A stretch of DNA of 26,348 nucleotides. Origin: Azolla caroliniana. Taxonomy: Eukaryota; Plantae; Polypodiophyta. Below the pieces are notes generated by a model. It saw nothing but the letters and a program-made list of their open reading frames with translations. It searched no databases and had not been told where the DNA came from. The position numbers and the translations under genes were made by a program. The stretch is taken from the NCBI GenBank assembly GCA_043228905.1, contig JBHGNT010000428.1, forward strand, positions 1 to 26,348, given 5' to 3'. Shown in pieces: positions 22,817-26,348 of this stretch. Positions within the stretch are counted from its first letter, which is position 1, and every line of letters starts with the position of its first letter.

Positions 22817-22905
22817 AAGAAAGAAAGAAAGAAATATTAACGTCTTCTAAGACCAAAATTGGCCCATGAGACAATTGGTTTACAACAAAAATGGGCTATT
22901 TACCC
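22817..22905 (-). mobile_element. Right copy of the long-range inverted repeat, with putative Mutator-like terminus (outer end reads GGGTAAATAGCCC on - strand)
   Basis: 22817-22892 is the reverse complement of 1-76 (72/76). It extends with GGGCTATTTACCC to 22905 and is followed by AATTCATCG, a candidate 9-bp TSD. Confidence 0.7.
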
Positions 22906-22913
22906 AATTCATC

Positions 22914-23314
22914 GAGAGAGAGAGAGAGAGAGAGAGACAGAGTGTGTGCGTGTGTGCGCGCGCGTGTGTCACATGCATATGTATGCATGTACGTACGTAG
23001 GGAATGTATGTATTGGTATGTGCTCATGTGTGTGTTGGGGGCGAGAAAGAACCAATAGTGAGCGAGGTGTGGGAGACATACATACATACATACATACATA
23101 CATATCCATTCATGCATCATGTGGACATGGCCCTCGTCTCCCTAGTTCACCCCATCCACGAAAAGTCCAAGTGTCTAGGCGGATGTGCGCGAGCATGGAT
23201 GGCCAAGTCTTTTCTTCTATCTCTCTTTGATACATACATACATTACATACATATATACATATATACATACATACATACATACATACATACATACATTGTA
23301 AATGCATACGTATA

Positions 23315-23345
<31 letters not shown>

Positions 23346-23551
23346 GTATACATATGTATAAGTATGTGCGGGTGTGTTCAATGTGGGCACATATTTTTAG
23401 TATTTTTAGTATGTACATAGTTGGTTGTTGGTAATAAGTATATGTATGGTATGGTATGTGTAGTATGGTATGGTATGGTATGGTATGGTATATATAGTAT
23501 AGTATAGTATGTATGTATGTATGTATGTATGTATGTATGTATGTATGTATG
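22914..23551. repeat. Compound microsatellite mosaic upstream of the MAKR-like gene
   Basis: (GA)n 22914-22937; (GT)/(GC) alternating tract ~22942-22969; (TACA)n ~23078-23103 and ~23231-23295; (TATGTG)n ~23311-23345; (TATGG)n ~23445-23490; (TATG)n ~23508-23551. Confidence 0.95.
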
Positions 23552-23934
23552 TCATTCCGGCCGAGCACGATCCGAGCACGATGATGGCGATGGCGGTTTC
23601 TGTCTGACAGAATCTTTTTGCTTCGACTCTAAATTAAAGGAAAGCCCAAAAAATAAAAGGAAGAGAAGAAAGAAAGAAAGAGAGGAAGGAAGAAAAGAAA
23701 AACTAATTCGTTTTTATCGCAGATTTAGTAGTAGGCTTGGCTATACATACATACATATGTATATGATTTCTTGTTATAAACAAAAAAAACTCCGTGTTTT
23801 TCCTCCCTCCCTCCTAACTATATTTCCTTTCTGCGTTTTTCTTTTTTGTTCTTTATCAGAAAGATTAGCTTCTCCTTCTTGTTTCTTTTCCTGTCTTTCC
23901 TTATTTCCTTGGGATCTATTGATCAACGCCAGAT

Positions 23935-25911
23935 ATGGATGAATGCACTACTCTTGGCGACCTGCATATGGGAGAGATCAGAGAAGGCGATGGAGTTATT
24001 AGCAGCGACGTGAGCTGTGAGGATTTGAGCTTCTGTGAAGTGGGTTTTCAGAAAAGAGATGATTTGGTTGATAAAAGTGATGGAGTAGTTGTGGAATATA
24101 TGGACGGTTGGGCGAGCCCTAGAATCTCTTTTTCACAGGATTTTGTGGTGAATAATGTTAGCCCTATTATAAGGGTTTCCCCAGAGAAGAGGAAATGGGA
24201 TCACGATCAAGATGAATGTGAATTTGAATTTGCGATAAGAAATAATGCTAGTACGTGTATGATTAACAACGATGATGATGATGATGATAATGGTGGTGGC
24301 CACTCTAGACTCGATGACAAAGGCTTGGGTCTTTATATGCTATCTGCAGATGAACTCTTCTTTGATGGTAAGCTCTTGCCTCTCCACATAAATTCTAAAG
24401 CATATGATCCCCATGATCTAGTTAATGTGCATACTAAGTATAACGATGGTGATGATAATCATCATCGTCATCAGCAACAACGACAACAACAACAAATCTG
24501 TGAAGATGATGATATGGTTACCCCGAGCAGAAAACCTCAGAATGGTACTAGTAATCCGAGGCACATTAATATGGTTAGGCATCTTAGTTTTGATTATTCA
24601 GAATCACGCCATACCACATCTCGTGATGATGAATCTTCACATCAATATGCCATGGCGACATCACAGTCATCCATGATGATGCTGTCATCATTGACCCTGT
24701 CATCACCATCTCCATCTCCATCAATGTCATCATCATTGCCACCGGCAACGATGATGATGACCCCTCAGACATCATCATCATCATCATCATCATCACATCA
24801 GTCGCTAGCATCCACATATTCGGCGAGATTTAAGACATTGTTCAAGTCTTCCAACAAGAGTACAGATCAGGCTAGTCCTCCATCTAATACTACAACGAGG
24901 GATGACAATGGACAAAATGCAAATTTGGGCCGGAAGATGATCCCGATATACATGTCTCCAAGGTCATTCTGGCCCTTCTCGAGAAGCAATTCGGCCGGAG
25001 AGAAGAAGAGTACAGTAACCCCACCTTGCCTCAGGTACCGGAGCAACTCAGCTGGAGAGACTAGCTCATGTAAAGCTATTATATCTGGTAGATCTCACAG
25101 ACCTATGGTTGATAACTCACCAAATCTACTAAACACTGATTCGAAGACCGTTGATGATGCTCTTGATAGTAGAGGTATGCATACATGCTATATATGTATA
25201 TCTCTTGTCAATATATATATCTATATATATATATATATATATTTTCATGCATCAATGGTTTTATGATAATGTAATTCCATGTCCATATCTACACCATTGT
25301 TTTTATTTATTTGCGTGTTGTTTATTATATTCTTGAACAACAAACACTCATTTCTTTTCCCTAATGATGCAGCTCAAGTTGAGAAAGAGTGTACAAAGAA
25401 ACCAAGTAAAACAGCTATAAGCGAACCAGAAAGCTCGTCGAGACACAATGAAGAAGAAGAAGAAGAAAAAGAAGAAGAAGAAGAAGAACCTCCTTGTCAT
25501 AGTAACATAAAATATCATCATACGAAAGGAGATGGTGATGGTAGTAGTATCGGTTCATTTGAGAACATAAATATTGCGAGTGGGACTGCGAAAGTGCGAA
25601 GGTTAGGGAATTCTATGAAGGCTTCCACAAAGAGAAGTGTGAGTGTATATAGTGCCAATCCTCCAAGCAAGATAGTGTTGAAGAACTTGGAGAGATGTAG
25701 TGCTGAGAAGAAGGTGGGATGGAAACAATTGAACCGGAGGGGGTCTTTCCCGGTGGCCACGAGGGTTTCTCCGGTTCTTAATGTGGCAATATATCGAGGT
25801 GGAAAGTATCCGGCAAACAACCCCAACGGCTTCTTCGGCAGCTTGTTTAACAACCCGAAGAAGGAATTGAAGCCCAAAGAAGGTGCCTTGAATTGGAGAA
25901 AGGGTGCTTGA
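23935..25911 (+). CDS. BKI1/MAKR-like (membrane-associated kinase regulator-related) disordered protein; 2 exons, 592 aa
   Basis: Exon 1 is 23935-25174 (donor G|GTATGC) and exon 2 is 25373-25911 (CTAAT branch point, GCAG| acceptor). The phase-1 join gives SR-AQVEKE. The short motifs SPRISFSQDF, EFEF, MLSADELFFDGKLLP, FWPFSRSNSAG and RVSPVLNV sit in Ser/Asp/Glu-rich low-complexity sequence. Confidence 0.8.
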
Positions 25912-26348
25912 TTTTTCTCGGGAGAATCGACCCCCCCAAAACCCCCTACTGCGGTTATTCCTGGTAATTCTTGAAACCTTTTGGAGTTTATTCTCATGTG
26001 GACCAATTTGTCCGAAAAATGTTAGGTGGGTATTTTGGTGAATCCAACCCCCCCTATGACCTATGTTGTGTTGATTGTGTATAAAATGTAACAAGAAGCT
26101 TATAAGAGATCCCATGTTTTTTTTCCCAACAAAGCAAAAAAGCTGGACACCATGGCACGCATTTTTTGTCCAAATAATCTATAATGCATCTATGTGCCTC
26201 TGCTACCAATGTTTTAGACAAGGGAGATCTTATTCGTGACAAATTCCACGAAGTAATCGTGATACCAAGCATATTTTGGGTTATGTGAAAATGCTTTTCT
26301 GGATTCTATTTTCTTGCGGGAAATTTGAGTTTGCTTGCATTCAAAGCT

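Noticed and set aside
23104-23205. Possible miRNA hairpin in the unique island
   Set aside because: Only short interrupted stems and no recognisable mature miRNA
22859-23942. Several 74-152 aa ORFs rich in HTYI/MYVC
   Set aside because: Translations of stop-free microsatellites
25518-26115. 162-aa and 170-aa minus-strand ORFs
   Set aside because: Antisense to MAKR-like exon 2 and its 3' UTR, with no motifs

Overview
AT-rich eukaryotic nuclear DNA from a land plant. A flagellar dynein subunit gene next to a PLS-class PPR gene points to a lineage with flagellated sperm, most plausibly a fern (inference). I could assemble four protein-coding genes by hand. (1) A 15-exon minus-strand gene (13426->5397, ~656 aa) for a CASC1/DNAI7/IC97-like inner-arm dynein I1/f intermediate chain. 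(2) A 5-exon minus-strand penta-EF-hand gene (16685->14899, 268 aa, CML49/50-peflin type) with a 19-nt micro-exon. (3) An intronless PLS-E PPR gene (19834->17903) without a DYW domain. (4) A 2-exon plus-strand BKI1/MAKR-like gene (23935->25911, 592 aa) behind a 640-bp microsatellite mosaic. Intergenic and intronic DNA holds decayed transposon pieces (L1 ORF2 tail, Ty3/gypsy integrase tail, FAR1/MULE-like and Ulp1-like remnants). The most striking unexplained structure is a pair of inverted repeats, 1-76 and 22817-22892 (72/76 identical). The right copy runs on to a Mutator-like terminus at 22905. The pair brackets three intact genes and has MULE-type remnants 1.3-4 kb inside each end, so it may be a giant Pack-MULE/macrotransposon or two independent insertions. 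All family calls come from remembered motifs, not database searches.
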